Source: Patescibacteria group bacterium
GTDB lineage: Bacteria; Patescibacteriota; Minisyncoccia; Phycocordibacterales; UBA2100
Assembly (NCBI GenBank): GCA_038064835.1
Contig: JBBTSD010000001.1
Location: 234,361 to 298,360 of the forward strand
Reading direction: 5' to 3'
Length of the DNA stretch: 64,000 nucleotides
The notes below the pieces were generated by a model. That model did not search any database. It was not told the origin of the DNA and worked only from the letters and a program-made list of their open reading frames with translations. Positions 7,698-17,101 of this stretch are shown here, piece after piece (position 1 is the stretch's first letter; every line of letters starts with the position of its first letter). The translations under genes were made by a program, and so were the position numbers.

Positions 7698-8573
7698 ATG
7701 ATACATAAGTCTTGGATTCTGGGAGGGGTCACTGCACTGTCACTGTTACTTGTGACCAGTGTTCACGCGGCACCAAAAACTGAGTTGCATATAAAAGCTG
7801 ATGGCACCATCGTCGCTACTAATGTAGTTGTTCGGCAAAAATCTGGATCTAATCTTTTCTCGCGCATGACTTGGGGAGAGGCTGTCTATGCGCGCCTGGT
7901 TGTTTTGACGAAAGACACGACAGTGGTAACCAAGGCCTATGGCGAACGCGCGACCAAGGATGATATTCGCGAAGGCGATGTGCTTGATGTGGAGGGCAAG
8001 CTGGTAGGGGCTGACGGATCTATCACTATCGACGCGACGAGTGTGCGCGACCACTCACTACTTAAAGAGTCGAAAGTTATTTCTGGTATTGTAAAAAGTA
8101 TTGACGGTTCGGCACACTCATTCATTCTCCCCAACGCTGAATTCAAAGACACGACAGTTATGGTAACTAGTACCACCACCATTCAGAAAGGTGCCCGTTC
8201 GATCGGCTTTGGCGAACTCACACCTGGGTCAAAAATCATTTCCGTCTCTGGTGTCTACAGCTATCCCACCAATACGCTTTCAGCGATGCATGTAGAAGTG
8301 CACCAAGACAAATTGATTTTCACGCCAAAGAATTTCCAAGGTAAGCTCAAGGAGATTATTGGAACAAGTTTGCCAACTACACTAGTAGTTACCGTGGAAG
8401 GAACCGACTACACCGTGTATCTGTCTGCAACGACTAGTGTTTTGAATGGCGCGAAGGCAAAGACTACCCTCAGTCGGTACGAACTAGGGGACACCGTTCG
8501 TTTCTATGGTGCAATTCGGCCGGTAAATCTATCGGAGATTGACGCAGAAATCGTTCGCGACATCGATTTCTAG
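7698..8573 (+). CDS. Secreted hypothetical protein (signal peptide, beta-rich repeats)
   Basis: Signal peptide MIHKSWILGGVTALSLLLVTSVHA. The track ORF starts inside the MITE; ATG 7698 is used instead. Confidence 0.5.
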   Translation: MIHKSWILGGVTALSLLLVTSVHAAPKTELHIKADGTIVATNVVVRQKSGSNLFSRMTWGEAVYARLVVLTKDTTVVTKAYGERATKDDIREGDVLDVEGKLVGADGSITIDATSVRDHSLLKESKVISGIVKSIDGSAHSFILPNAEFKDTTVMVTSTTTIQKGARSIGFGELTPGSKIISVSGVYSYPTNTLSAMHVEVHQDKLIFTPKNFQGKLKEIIGTSLPTTLVVTVEGTDYTVYLSATTSVLNGAKAKTTLSRYELGDTVRFYGAIRPVNLSEIDAEIVRDIDF

Positions 8574-8631
8574 TACCTATATTCTTCATAAAAATCCTGG
8601 CGTACACGGGAATGATGAGTATAATCCCCGA

Positions 8632-9168
8632 ATGAAAACATATCTTATTGCGGGTGTTATAGCGGTTGTGGTTTTGGGAGGTGGGTGGATGCTGTGGTCG
8701 GGAAGCGATTCGACGACTCCAGAGGCTGAGGTACCGGTCGCTGTAGCAGATACAAATGACACATTGGTAGTCGACGGAAAATTCAACGGATCAATCTTTG
8801 ATTTGGCAAAAAGCGGCAAGTCGTACAAGTGTACCCTGTCACACACCATTCAGGGCGTGACTACAAACGGTACTATCTATGTTTCTGGATCAAATGTCCG
8901 AGGAGATTTTTCGAGCACCGTGCCTGTTGTGGGCACAGTTGAAATGCACATGATTTCTGACGCCGATTTCGTGTACAACTGGAGCTCGATGATGCCGACA
9001 GGTTTTAAGGCAAAGCGAACGGACGGAGGTGTCACTGACGGAGGTGACGCACTGTCCGGACAATCGTTCGATGCGGACATGGTATACGAGTACGACTGTG
9101 TACAGACACCAGCAGACGCATCACTGTTTATTGTCCCTACAGACATCATCTTCAAAACGACAGGCTAA
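8632..9168 (+). CDS. Membrane-anchored hypothetical protein
   Basis: N-terminal TM anchor MKTYLIAGVIAVVVLGGGWMLW. No recognisable domain. Confidence 0.45.
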   Translation: MKTYLIAGVIAVVVLGGGWMLWSGSDSTTPEAEVPVAVADTNDTLVVDGKFNGSIFDLAKSGKSYKCTLSHTIQGVTTNGTIYVSGSNVRGDFSSTVPVVGTVEMHMISDADFVYNWSSMMPTGFKAKRTDGGVTDGGDALSGQSFDADMVYEYDCVQTPADASLFIVPTDIIFKTTG

Positions 9169-9222
9169 GTAATTGTTCATACGACCGCTTGATTTTCAGG
9201 TGGTGTCTGGTAAAGTGTCGCC

Positions 9223-9615
9223 ATGTTAAAGATTCGCTTTCAGCGCACAGGTCGTATCAATGATGCTGCTTTTCGCGTGGTAGTTGTCGAACATACCATG
9301 AGCCCAAAGAGTGGTCGCTTCGTTGAACGCCTTGGATCATATAATCCAAAGACCAAGGTCCATACGATCGATGCTGAACGCGTTACCTACTGGCTTTCAA
9401 AAGGCGCAAAGGCCAGCGACACACTCCACAACCTTCTTTTGAAATCAGGTATTATCAAAGGCAAGAAGATAAACATTCTCCCCAAGCGCAAAATCCTCGC
9501 AAAGATTGAGGCAGAACAAAAGAGTGCAGCCGACAAAGCGGCCGTAGAAGCTGAAAAGACCGCACCAGTCGTCGAGGCTGCCCCTACAGGAGGTGCAACG
9601 CCGGTCGCCGCTTAA
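9223..9615 (+). CDS. rpsP: 30S ribosomal protein S16 (with Ala/Lys-rich C-terminal extension)
   Basis: N-terminus MLKIRFQRTGRINDAAFRVVVVE and GSYNP are the bS16 signature. Confidence 0.85.
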   Translation: MLKIRFQRTGRINDAAFRVVVVEHTMSPKSGRFVERLGSYNPKTKVHTIDAERVTYWLSKGAKASDTLHNLLLKSGIIKGKKINILPKRKILAKIEAEQKSAADKAAVEAEKTAPVVEAAPTGGATPVAA

Positions 9616-9709
9616 GTGCACACCGCGCTTCCGATTGACCGTGCCTCTAAAAGCGAGTACCATAGAAATACAGGTGCAATAGCACCCCTTACGAGTTAGC
9701 TATATCAGC

Positions 9710-10015
9710 ATGGAACGAGATCAGGAATTTCTTGAGTATGTAGTGAAGGGATTGGTAGACAATCCAGACTCCATTCAGATTACCCGCAAAGTAGACGAGA
9801 TGGGTGTGCTCCTCACGCTCACTGTGCACAAGGACGATATGGGCAAAGTAGTAGGTCGCGCTGGCGCAACAGCCAAGGCGATTCGTACGCTTTTGCGCGT
9901 TGTCGGTATGAAGAACGACGCACGCGTTAACCTAAAAATAAACGAACCAGAAGGTGGAACCCGCGCATTCGAGCAACGAGAAAAGAGCGTTGACGAGGCC
10001 ATTGCCGATTTGTAG
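9710..10015 (+). CDS. KH-domain RNA-binding protein (UPF0109/YlqC-like)
   Basis: VGRAGATAKAIRTLL is a KH GXXG-type motif. The position immediately after rpsP is conserved. Confidence 0.7.
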   Translation: MERDQEFLEYVVKGLVDNPDSIQITRKVDEMGVLLTLTVHKDDMGKVVGRAGATAKAIRTLLRVVGMKNDARVNLKINEPEGGTRAFEQREKSVDEAIADL

Positions 10016-10030
10016 GCAGTGTCGCCTTGA

Positions 10031-10069
10031 GCAACAAGCCGGAGGGCCACAGGCCCTCCGGCTTGTTGC
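10031..10069 (+). terminator. Rho-independent terminator
   Basis: gcaacaagccggagggcc...ggccctccggcttgttgc (18-bp stem) followed by atatttt. Confidence 0.7.
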
Positions 10070-10124
10070 ATATTTTACATTTCGTGATATAAAGATTTCG
10101 GTCCGGACAAACAAAGGGAAGAAA

Positions 10125-10526
10125 ATGCCAGTATCCAGCAAGCCAATGCTCTGCTCGGAAATTAGAGGATATTCTAACGAGGCCGGATGGGCCTTGCTGA
10201 TTCTCTCGAGGCATGGAGTCGTTGCGTCTCAGCTCTCGCATATCATCGTGCTTCGTGATTTTCTGAAGGCATGCGTCGAAAAAGAGACATTACGGCTCAA
10301 TAATATCAATGCCCTCCTAGGGCAAACAAATGCGATTGAGTGGGGTGCGTTAGTTGCGATTCTCGATGAGGTGATTTCGCAGAATGCGAAAAGTCGAAAC
10401 GACATCGAGACCGCCAAGCTGAAGGTCGCGTCGCTCTCGACGGCGATGCACTATGTCGAATCACAGGTGCAGGGATATCGCGCTGGTCTGCAAAGACAAT
10501 ACGACGAACACACACGCAAGTTCTAA
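10125..10526 (+). CDS. Hypothetical protein in the position normally occupied by rimM
   Basis: ATG 10125 with an AGGGAAG RBS. No similarity to RimM motifs could be recognised. Confidence 0.4.
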   Translation: MPVSSKPMLCSEIRGYSNEAGWALLILSRHGVVASQLSHIIVLRDFLKACVEKETLRLNNINALLGQTNAIEWGALVAILDEVISQNAKSRNDIETAKLKVASLSTAMHYVESQVQGYRAGLQRQYDEHTRKF

Positions 10527-10562
10527 ACTATCCGGGCACCGAGTGCCCGTTTTCCATAAGAT

Positions 10563-11201
10563 ATGATCCACTTTCACATTGTCACACTATTTCCCGAATC
10601 AATTGAGCCGTACCTTTCGGCGTCGATTCTAGGGCGCGCACAAGAGAAGAAGCTTATCAAAGTGTCATTTTACAATCCTCGCGACTATACCGATGACAAG
10701 TGGCAACGCGTCGACCGCAAGCCCTATGGCGGTGGACCTGGCATGGTACTTTCCGCTGAACCGTTTTTGCGCGCTGTGAGTGCGGCCTTAAAAGGGCGAA
10801 AGGGCGAGATTGTATTTTTCTCGCCGTCTGGCGAACAGTTTGAGCAGAGCGCCGCAAAAAAATTGGCACAGAAAAAGCATATCGTTTTTATTGCCGGGCA
10901 CTATGAGGGAGTTGATGCTCGTGTGCAAAAAATTCTGAAAGCAAAGCTTGTCTCAGTCGGTCCCTATGTGCTTACGGGTGGCGAGCTTCCTGCGGCAACT
11001 ATGATTGATGCTATTGCGCGCAATATTTCCGGCGTCTTGGGGAAAGAAGAATCTCGCGAAGATGAACGCGTGGCGAGTCCGGAAGTGTATACGCGTCCGG
11101 AAATTTTGGTATGGAAAAAGAAAAAGTACAAAGTTCCCCCAGTTCTTTTGTCGGGCAATCACGCAAAAATCGAAGAGTGGAAGAAGGGTGTTCGTGGTTG
11201 A
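10563..11201 (+). CDS. trmD: tRNA (guanine37-N1)-methyltransferase
   Basis: VTLFPE, NPRDYT, VDRKPYGGGPGMV and GHYEGVD are TrmD SPOUT motifs. Confidence 0.9.
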   Translation: MIHFHIVTLFPESIEPYLSASILGRAQEKKLIKVSFYNPRDYTDDKWQRVDRKPYGGGPGMVLSAEPFLRAVSAALKGRKGEIVFFSPSGEQFEQSAAKKLAQKKHIVFIAGHYEGVDARVQKILKAKLVSVGPYVLTGGELPAATMIDAIARNISGVLGKEESREDERVASPEVYTRPEILVWKKKKYKVPPVLLSGNHAKIEEWKKGVRG

Positions 11202-11227
11202 CATTTTTAGCTTAGTGCGAGCCCTAA

Positions 11228-11352
11228 GCGCAGGTAGTTCGCCGAGGGCTCGCGGAACCAAAAAGGCATGGTTTGCGAAGCAACTTTTTGGTGAGCGGGA
11301 GCGCGGGTGCCTGCTGGGGCACCCGACGCGTACCTCGCCGAACTACCTGCGC
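11228..11352. repeat. Structured intergenic element: 20-bp inverted repeat (1 mismatch) enclosing nested hairpins
   Basis: gcgcaggtagttcgccgagg at 11228-11247 pairs with cctcgccgaactacctgcgc at 11333-11352. Internal hairpins are ccaaaaag...ctttttgg and gggtgcctgctggggcaccc. Confidence 0.45.
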
Positions 11353-11392
11353 GGCCACAATAGCAAAAGGGGTGCGCGAGATACGCACCCCC

Positions 11393-12493
11393 CTAGATTG
11401 AGAAGAGGATCGGCATCGATACCGTCTTCCCGCGTTTCTTGTCGAACAAAAAGAACGATTGCTGTGGCGGTTCGAACCCAAAGCCTTTGTGAATCGCGAA
11501 CGCGCTATAGCCGATGAGTGATCCATTCCCAGACGCTCGCGGAAGTGGCATGTAGGTATGCAAGTGCCCAAAGACATCCATATGGGCGGGTTGTTCCTTG
11601 TTCCATCCCGCAATAACGCGATTGAGAGGAACAGTGATACCGCCGACGCCGCCATGATACTTGATGGCGTGACCGTGGTGGAAGCGGATGACTTTCCCAT
11701 AGATTGGCACCAGGGTGTGATAGGCATCTTCGATAATGAAACGCACACGGTCCTTGGTCGAAAAGCGCTGAGCAAGTGTGTGATACATCATCCATTCGAG
11801 CGAATTGCCCGTTTCGGTGGCCATGTGGATTTTTGCGGTCGTTCGACCGTGGTTGCCTACCTTACAGATGCAAGTGATGCGTAGCTTGGTGTGATTGAGC
11901 AAGAATTCGATACCTGATTGCAACAGCTCCTGGGCAAAGATTGCCGCGTCGAGCGGAAGCAGAAGAGCCTTTTCACGGTCCTCCTCGCGCAGGACACCAC
12001 TAATGAAATCACCCAAAAGCCCGAGCACAAGCTCTGTAATCACCACATCCTGCTGTTCCTTGCGGGCCAGCCGAGCGATGCGTTCAAAGAACTCGGTCGC
12101 ACGCTTTTTTGCGATCTCGAGGTTATACCTATTGAGTCCGTTCACCGTCGAGGGCTTCACTTCCTCCTCGATATGCCAGTCTGAAGCGATAGCAAACGCA
12201 GTTGCTTCGCTGTCGCGTTGAGATGCGCGAGGCTCAATCTTGAATGCCGACACGCCGGTCTTGAGTGCAAGAGCGGCCGTTAGCTCTTCCTCGAGGCGTT
12301 CGTTTGCCTGGAGGACATGCTTGTACTTCTTTGAGAGAGTACCTTTTTCGAGAGACAGTCGACCAAGTCGTTTGTCGCTCTCAATGGCTTGCTCGGTTGC
12401 TACCAGGTCTTCTTGGGTAGCTTGTGCTTTTGAGAGTTTCTTTACCACCGGGGCAGTGCCCGCATTTTTTAAGCCAGTCTTCCTACGCGTCAT
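11393..12493 (-). CDS. Calcineurin-like metallophosphoesterase with lysine-rich coiled-coil N-terminus
   Basis: All five metallophosphoesterase motifs are present (DWH, GDFISG, GNHG, HHGH, GHLH). The track start is GTG 12502; the first ATG is 12493. The hairpin ggggtgcgcgagatacgcaccccc lies downstream on the minus strand. Confidence 0.7.
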   Translation of the reverse strand: MTRRKTGLKNAGTAPVVKKLSKAQATQEDLVATEQAIESDKRLGRLSLEKGTLSKKYKHVLQANERLEEELTAALALKTGVSAFKIEPRASQRDSEATAFAIASDWHIEEEVKPSTVNGLNRYNLEIAKKRATEFFERIARLARKEQQDVVITELVLGLLGDFISGVLREEDREKALLLPLDAAIFAQELLQSGIEFLLNHTKLRITCICKVGNHGRTTAKIHMATETGNSLEWMMYHTLAQRFSTKDRVRFIIEDAYHTLVPIYGKVIRFHHGHAIKYHGGVGGITVPLNRVIAGWNKEQPAHMDVFGHLHTYMPLPRASGNGSLIGYSAFAIHKGFGFEPPQQSFFLFDKKRGKTVSMPILFSI

Positions 12494-12835
12494 CTGGTTC
12501 ACCTTTATTCAAAGACCATTCTCATCACAGCGATACCGGCCTGTGACACGCCGGCCCGCACGCACTAAATGCATACGGGCCGGAGCGCCACCTAGGGGGA
12601 GGTTGGCGAAGGTTTTTGCACACCTCTCATGGAAACTATTGTATGAACTTGATATAACGAAGCAAGTTTTTATCCCCATAAAATACAGTGAGGACACAGA
12701 GATTTACGCGAGGGAAATGCTGTGAGAGGGAAATCACACTACCCACAGTGACCTCTTGACGAGATGTGCGAATGGCAGGCATACTGAATTTCAGTCGTTC
12801 TTGAAACGACATTACTAGGGAAGGGAAGGCCACAC

Positions 12836-13069
12836 ATGGCCCACCAAAGTCATTCTGAGACAAAGAAACCGGTGATGCGACGGCCGTATATCCGTCACAC
12901 TGCAGGTGAAAATGCCCGCGCGTGGCAAATACTCCGTGACACCCCTGAGCTTTTCGGAGAGGATGTTGCTGAGACCCTCTATGATCCTGACTGTGACCCC
13001 GAAGTGATACGGGAACAGATTTCTGAGGTGAGGGAACAGTACCCCCGCTTCCACAAAGGCAATGAGTAG
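12836..13069 (+). CDS. Small hypothetical protein (77 aa)
   Basis: ATG with a GGGAAGGGAAGG RBS upstream and a terminator downstream. No domain recognised. Confidence 0.35.
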   Translation: MAHQSHSETKKPVMRRPYIRHTAGENARAWQILRDTPELFGEDVAETLYDPDCDPEVIREQISEVREQYPRFHKGNE

Positions 13070-13086
13070 TAGTTTCAATATAAGAA

Positions 13087-13109
13087 AACGGGCGCCATTG
13101 GCGCCCGTT
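13087..13109 (+). terminator. Rho-independent terminator
   Basis: aacgggcgccattggcgcccgtt followed by ctttgt. Confidence 0.6.
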
Positions 13110-13198
13110 CTTTGTAGGGGTATTGACTTTATTATAATACAGTGTAGAGTCTTTTTAGGACGGAGTCCCGTCCTTCGACTACACGAGAAGGAGAGACG

Positions 13199-13648
13199 AT
13201 GACAGGGTATGCATCTGCTGTCGTGGCAATTATGCCCGACGGAACATTTCCGATGGTCAAGGATTATCGGAAACATCCCGAAGATCCGCGCTGGAAGTTT
13301 CCTGGCGGTAAGAGTCAGGGAAACGAGACAGCGCAGGAATGCGCCGCACGCGAACTCGACGAAGAGACGGGGGTCAAGGTCGATCCTGAACAGCTTGTGG
13401 CAATTCACCGTGAGCGGCGTCGGAATCGTGATGATGGTGGCTGGCACGACCTTGTCGTGTTCCAGACGACTCTTCCGATGCTTCAAGAAGTGAAGCGCAC
13501 TGGGAACCACGGCGAACATGTTGCCCTCTGGAGCTCTGAAGACCTCCTCGACCCCCGGTCGGAGATGGATGTGTTCGCGCCACACCTCAGTATCGCCAAG
13601 AATCTGGTGCGATTCAACGATGCACGCGCGCTTGAAGCGGCTGAGTGA
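13199..13648 (+). CDS. NUDIX hydrolase
   Basis: GGKSQGNETAQECAARELDEETGV matches the Nudix box GX5EX7REUXEEXGU. GAAGGAGAG RBS. Confidence 0.8.
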   Translation: MTGYASAVVAIMPDGTFPMVKDYRKHPEDPRWKFPGGKSQGNETAQECAARELDEETGVKVDPEQLVAIHRERRRNRDDGGWHDLVVFQTTLPMLQEVKRTGNHGEHVALWSSEDLLDPRSEMDVFAPHLSIAKNLVRFNDARALEAAE

Positions 13649-13731
13649 TTAACCTCGCGCGATTTTTGACCCAAGATTGTACCCCGGCATGACCGGGGTA
13701 TCTTCACATCTACCCCATCCCCACCCACTTG

Positions 13732-13760
13732 TTGACTTCGCTCTACTGTTCTGCTACTAT
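13732..13760 (+). promoter_or_regulatory. Candidate sigma70 promoter upstream of rpoB (TTGACT-17-TACTAT)
   Basis: TTGACT at 13732-13737 and TACTAT at 13755-13760 with a 17-bp spacer, about 140 nt before rpoB ATG. Confidence 0.4.
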
Positions 13761-13898
13761 CCTCGAGTAGATTTTGTGCGAATGAGTCCTGCCTGCAACG
13801 AAATTTTAAGTACATCGGAGGCTGTATTTAATAGGCGGTAACCGCATACCAAGAGGCGTCACCACTTTCACAGAGAAAGCGGGCGTTTCATTACCCAT

Positions 13899-16800
13899 AT
13901 GGCACACAAGAAAAGCCTGCCGCAGAAGTTTTTTGGCCGGTTCAAGGAGCCCCTTGTAGAACTCCCCAATCTCGTCGGCCCCCAGGTCGAGTCTTTTCGT
14001 TTGCTTATCGAGAAGGGCACAGAACAGGTATTGAAGGAATTTTCTCCCATCTCTGACCACTCCTCAAAGAAGTTTGAATTGACCATAAAAAAGTTTGTGT
14101 ACGGTAAACCAAAGTGGGACGAGCACTATGCCAAACGAATGCAGCGATCATACGAAGCCCCACTTTCCGTCACGGTGAAATTGAAGAATCGCATCACCAA
14201 TGAAGAGCGCGAACAAGAAATTTTCCTTGCAGATTTTCCGTGGATGACCGATCACGGCACATTCGTTATCAACGGCGTTGAGCGTATCGTGGTGCCCCAA
14301 CTCGCCCGCTCATACGGTGTCTTTTTTGAAGGTGTCCCTTACCGCGGTGTGAACTACTTTATGGGAAAGATCATCCCATCTCGTGGTGTATGGATTGAAA
14401 TCGAATCCGATCCAGACAAAGCAGTCTATGTAAAAATTGATCGCAAACGACGCTTTCCGGTGACCAGTCTTCTTCGGGTCTTGGGCGCAGCCAAGGACGA
14501 AGACATGATCAAACTCTTCGAAACTATTCCTGGTGGTACAGAAATGATCAAAGCGACACTGGCGCTCGACCACGCAAAAACAGTACAAGAAGCATTTGTC
14601 GAGATTTATCGCCGTCTTCGCGACGGGGATATTGCTACGGCGGATACCGCCCGTGATTATGTCACCCTCATGCTCTCGCGTGAACGCTACGATCTCTCTC
14701 GCGTCGGTCGTTTTCATTTTAACCGTCGCTTTGGTCTCTCTACTGCCGACAAAGATTTGAACGAGACAGTGCTTTCGGCGGATGACATCGTACGCATCAT
14801 CGGACACATGCTCGAGCTCAACGAAGATCCGTCAAAGCATGCTGACGATATCGATCACCTTGGCTTCCGCCGTGTGCGTTTCGTGGGCGAGCTCCTTGAA
14901 CAAAAAATGCGCGTTGGCCTTTCACGCATGAAGCGCAATATCCAGGATCGTATGTCCATGGTAGATACGACTACTGTTCTGCCAGCTCAAATCATGAACC
15001 CGCGACCATTTGCGGCAAGTATTCGTGAATTTTTCACAGGAAACCCGTTGGCGCAGCTCATGGATCAATTCAACATTCTTGACGAAATGGAGCATCTCCG
15101 CACACTCTCCACACTCGGTCCCGGTGGGCTCACATCAGAGCGCGCAGGCCTCGAAGTGCGTGATGTACACTCGTCTCACTATGGTCGTGTGTGCCCCGTG
15201 CACACACCTGAAGGAAAGAATATTGGTCTTGTGCTCCACATGTCTTTGTACGCTCGGCCAAACGAATTTGGCATCATCGAAACGCCATACGCAAAAGTTG
15301 AGAAAGGAAAACTTACTAAAGAAATTGTGTACCTCAACGCGCTTGATGAAGAGCAGTATGCGATTGCGCACGCAGGTGTCGAGCGCGACGAAGACGGTAC
15401 CCTCACCGGCAAGCTTATTGAAGTGCGTCGTGCAGGAGAGCCAACACTGGTAAAGAAGGAAAATGTCGACCTCATGGAGGTTGCCACCAACCAGGCTTTT
15501 TCTGTCGCCACTTCACTTATTCCATTCGTCGAGCACGACGATGCAAACCGCGCGCTCATGGGTTCAAACATGCAGAAACAGTCAGTCCCCTGCATCATTC
15601 CTGCTGCTCCGGTTGTCGCGACAGGTGTCGAGGCAGTCGTTGCACGCGACTCCGGCCGTCTTGTTCATGCTGAAGAGGCAGGTGAAGTTACGCTCTCTGA
15701 TGCCCGTAAAATCGTTGTTGAAAACAAAGAAGGGAAGTCGAAAGAGTACATGTTGGTCAACTACTCGCGTACCAATGGATTCACCATGTTCCACCAACGC
15801 CCCCGCGTGTCGGTGGGCGATAAAGTAAAGCGCGGAGAGGTCCTTGCTGATATGTCCTCGACTGTCGATGGTAATTTGGCAATCGGCCAGAATGTGCGCA
15901 TCGCCTTCATTCCGTGGTCAGGCGCAAACTTCGAAGATGCAATCATTGTGTCTGAAAAAATGGCAAAGGACGGTCGCTTCACTTCAATCCATGTCGAAGA
16001 GTTTGAGTGCGTTGTTCGCGACACCAAGCTCGGGCCTGAGGTTACTACGCACGACATTCCTAATGTGAGCGAATTCAAACTCCGCAATCTCGACGAAGAC
16101 GGCATCATTCGCGTGGGAGCCGAAGTGCGTCCCGGCGACATTCTTGTTGGAAAGGTAACACCAAAAGGTGAGGCACAACTCACTCCTGAAGAGCGCCTCC
16201 TTCACTCAATTTTCGGTGAGAAAGCAAAGGATGTGAAAGATACTTCGCGTCGCATGGATGGCGGCAAGCGTGGCCGTGTGGTGAGCGTCAAAGTCTTTGC
16301 TCGCGAGAACGGTGATGTACTTGAATCAGGTGTCATCAAGCGCATTCATGTCGAAGTTGCTCAGCTCCGTACAATCTCAGTGGGCGACAAGCTCGCCGGT
16401 CGCCACGGAAACAAAGGTGTCATTTCTCGTATTCTTCCAGAAGAAGACATGCCGTTCGATGAAAATGGTGAGCAGGTAGACATCATCCTCACGCCGCTCG
16501 GTGTGCCAAGCCGTATGAACCTTGGCCAGATTCTCGAACTTCATCTTGGTCTTGCCGCAGAGGCCCTCGGCTACCAGGCAATCGTACCGTCCTTTGTCGG
16601 TGCTACCGAGGAGGAAATTCGCGCAGAGCTTAAGAAAGCCGGCTTTAGCGAGGATGGCAAGCGCAAAATGTTTGATGGACGGACTGGTGAAGCATTTGCA
16701 CAGCCAATCGCCGTGGGAGTGATGTATATGCTTAAGTTGCATCACATGGTGGAAGACAAGATCCACATGCGATCAATCGGTCCCTACTCGCTCACCACAC

Positions 16801-17090
16801 AGCAGCCACTTGGAGGAAAGGCGCAAAACGGCGGTCAACGATTGGGAGAAATGGAGGCCTGGGCATTCCTCGGATATGGTGCCGCGTACACACTCCGTGA
16901 AATGCTCACTATCAAATCCGACGATATCCTTGGTCGTTCTGCCGCGTTCGATTCAATTGTGTCCCAGTCGCGCATTCGCGAACCAGGAATTCCAGCCACC
17001 TTCAATGTCTTTGTTCGTCACCTGCGTGGATTGGGTATCGACATCACCTTTAATGGCCAGACGGAGCGCGAGCCTCGTCCATTTAACTAA
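13899..17090 (+). CDS. rpoB: DNA-directed RNA polymerase subunit beta
   Basis: 1063 aa. Has the NIGLV, rifampicin-region SQLSQFMDQ-like QLMDQ, and GGQRLGEMEAWA motifs. Confidence 0.97.
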   Translation: MAHKKSLPQKFFGRFKEPLVELPNLVGPQVESFRLLIEKGTEQVLKEFSPISDHSSKKFELTIKKFVYGKPKWDEHYAKRMQRSYEAPLSVTVKLKNRITNEEREQEIFLADFPWMTDHGTFVINGVERIVVPQLARSYGVFFEGVPYRGVNYFMGKIIPSRGVWIEIESDPDKAVYVKIDRKRRFPVTSLLRVLGAAKDEDMIKLFETIPGGTEMIKATLALDHAKTVQEAFVEIYRRLRDGDIATADTARDYVTLMLSRERYDLSRVGRFHFNRRFGLSTADKDLNETVLSADDIVRIIGHMLELNEDPSKHADDIDHLGFRRVRFVGELLEQKMRVGLSRMKRNIQDRMSMVDTTTVLPAQIMNPRPFAASIREFFTGNPLAQLMDQFNILDEMEHLRTLSTLGPGGLTSERAGLEVRDVHSSHYGRVCPVHTPEGKNIGLVLHMSLYARPNEFGIIETPYAKVEKGKLTKEIVYLNALDEEQYAIAHAGVERDEDGTLTGKLIEVRRAGEPTLVKKENVDLMEVATNQAFSVATSLIPFVEHDDANRALMGSNMQKQSVPCIIPAAPVVATGVEAVVARDSGRLVHAEEAGEVTLSDARKIVVENKEGKSKEYMLVNYSRTNGFTMFHQRPRVSVGDKVKRGEVLADMSSTVDGNLAIGQNVRIAFIPWSGANFEDAIIVSEKMAKDGRFTSIHVEEFECVVRDTKLGPEVTTHDIPNVSEFKLRNLDEDGIIRVGAEVRPGDILVGKVTPKGEAQLTPEERLLHSIFGEKAKDVKDTSRRMDGGKRGRVVSVKVFARENGDVLESGVIKRIHVEVAQLRTISVGDKLAGRHGNKGVISRILPEEDMPFDENGEQVDIILTPLGVPSRMNLGQILELHLGLAAEALGYQAIVPSFVGATEEEIRAELKKAGFSEDGKRKMFDGRTGEAFAQPIAVGVMYMLKLHHMVEDKIHMRSIGPYSLTTQQPLGGKAQNGGQRLGEMEAWAFLGYGAAYTLREMLTIKSDDILGRSAAFDSIVSQSRIREPGIPATFNVFVRHLRGLGIDITFNGQTEREPRPFN

Positions 17091-17101
17091 CACCACTCTC
17101 T

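Noticed and set aside
11425-11445. tRNA-like T-arm motif ggttcgaaccc
   Set aside because: It lies inside the phosphoesterase coding region and no acceptor or anticodon stems can be built around it. No tRNA genes were found in any intergenic region.
11005-11517. 170-aa plus-strand ORF across the trmD-downstream spacer
   Set aside because: It spans the inverted-repeat structured region and the 3' end of the convergent phosphoesterase gene. It is Arg-rich low-complexity translation of GC-rich palindromes.
12530-12600. GC-rich hairpin cluster (ccggcctgtgacacgccggcc, cgccggcccg...cgggccggagcg) upstream of the phosphoesterase gene
   Set aside because: It could be a small RNA or operator, but the stems are short and no flanking signals were found. 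The evidence is too weak to call a feature.
13123-13138. TTGACT and TATAAT hexamers upstream of the NUDIX gene
   Set aside because: The two boxes are separated by only 4 bp, which is incompatible with a sigma70 promoter. The alternative -35 candidates are weak.
14310-14807. Antisense and alternative-frame ORFs inside rpoB and rpoC (for example 14310..14807, 15179..15598, 19787..20176, 20305..20703)
   Set aside because: They fall within very well-supported RNA polymerase coding sequence. They have no independent start or RBS signals and no domain content.
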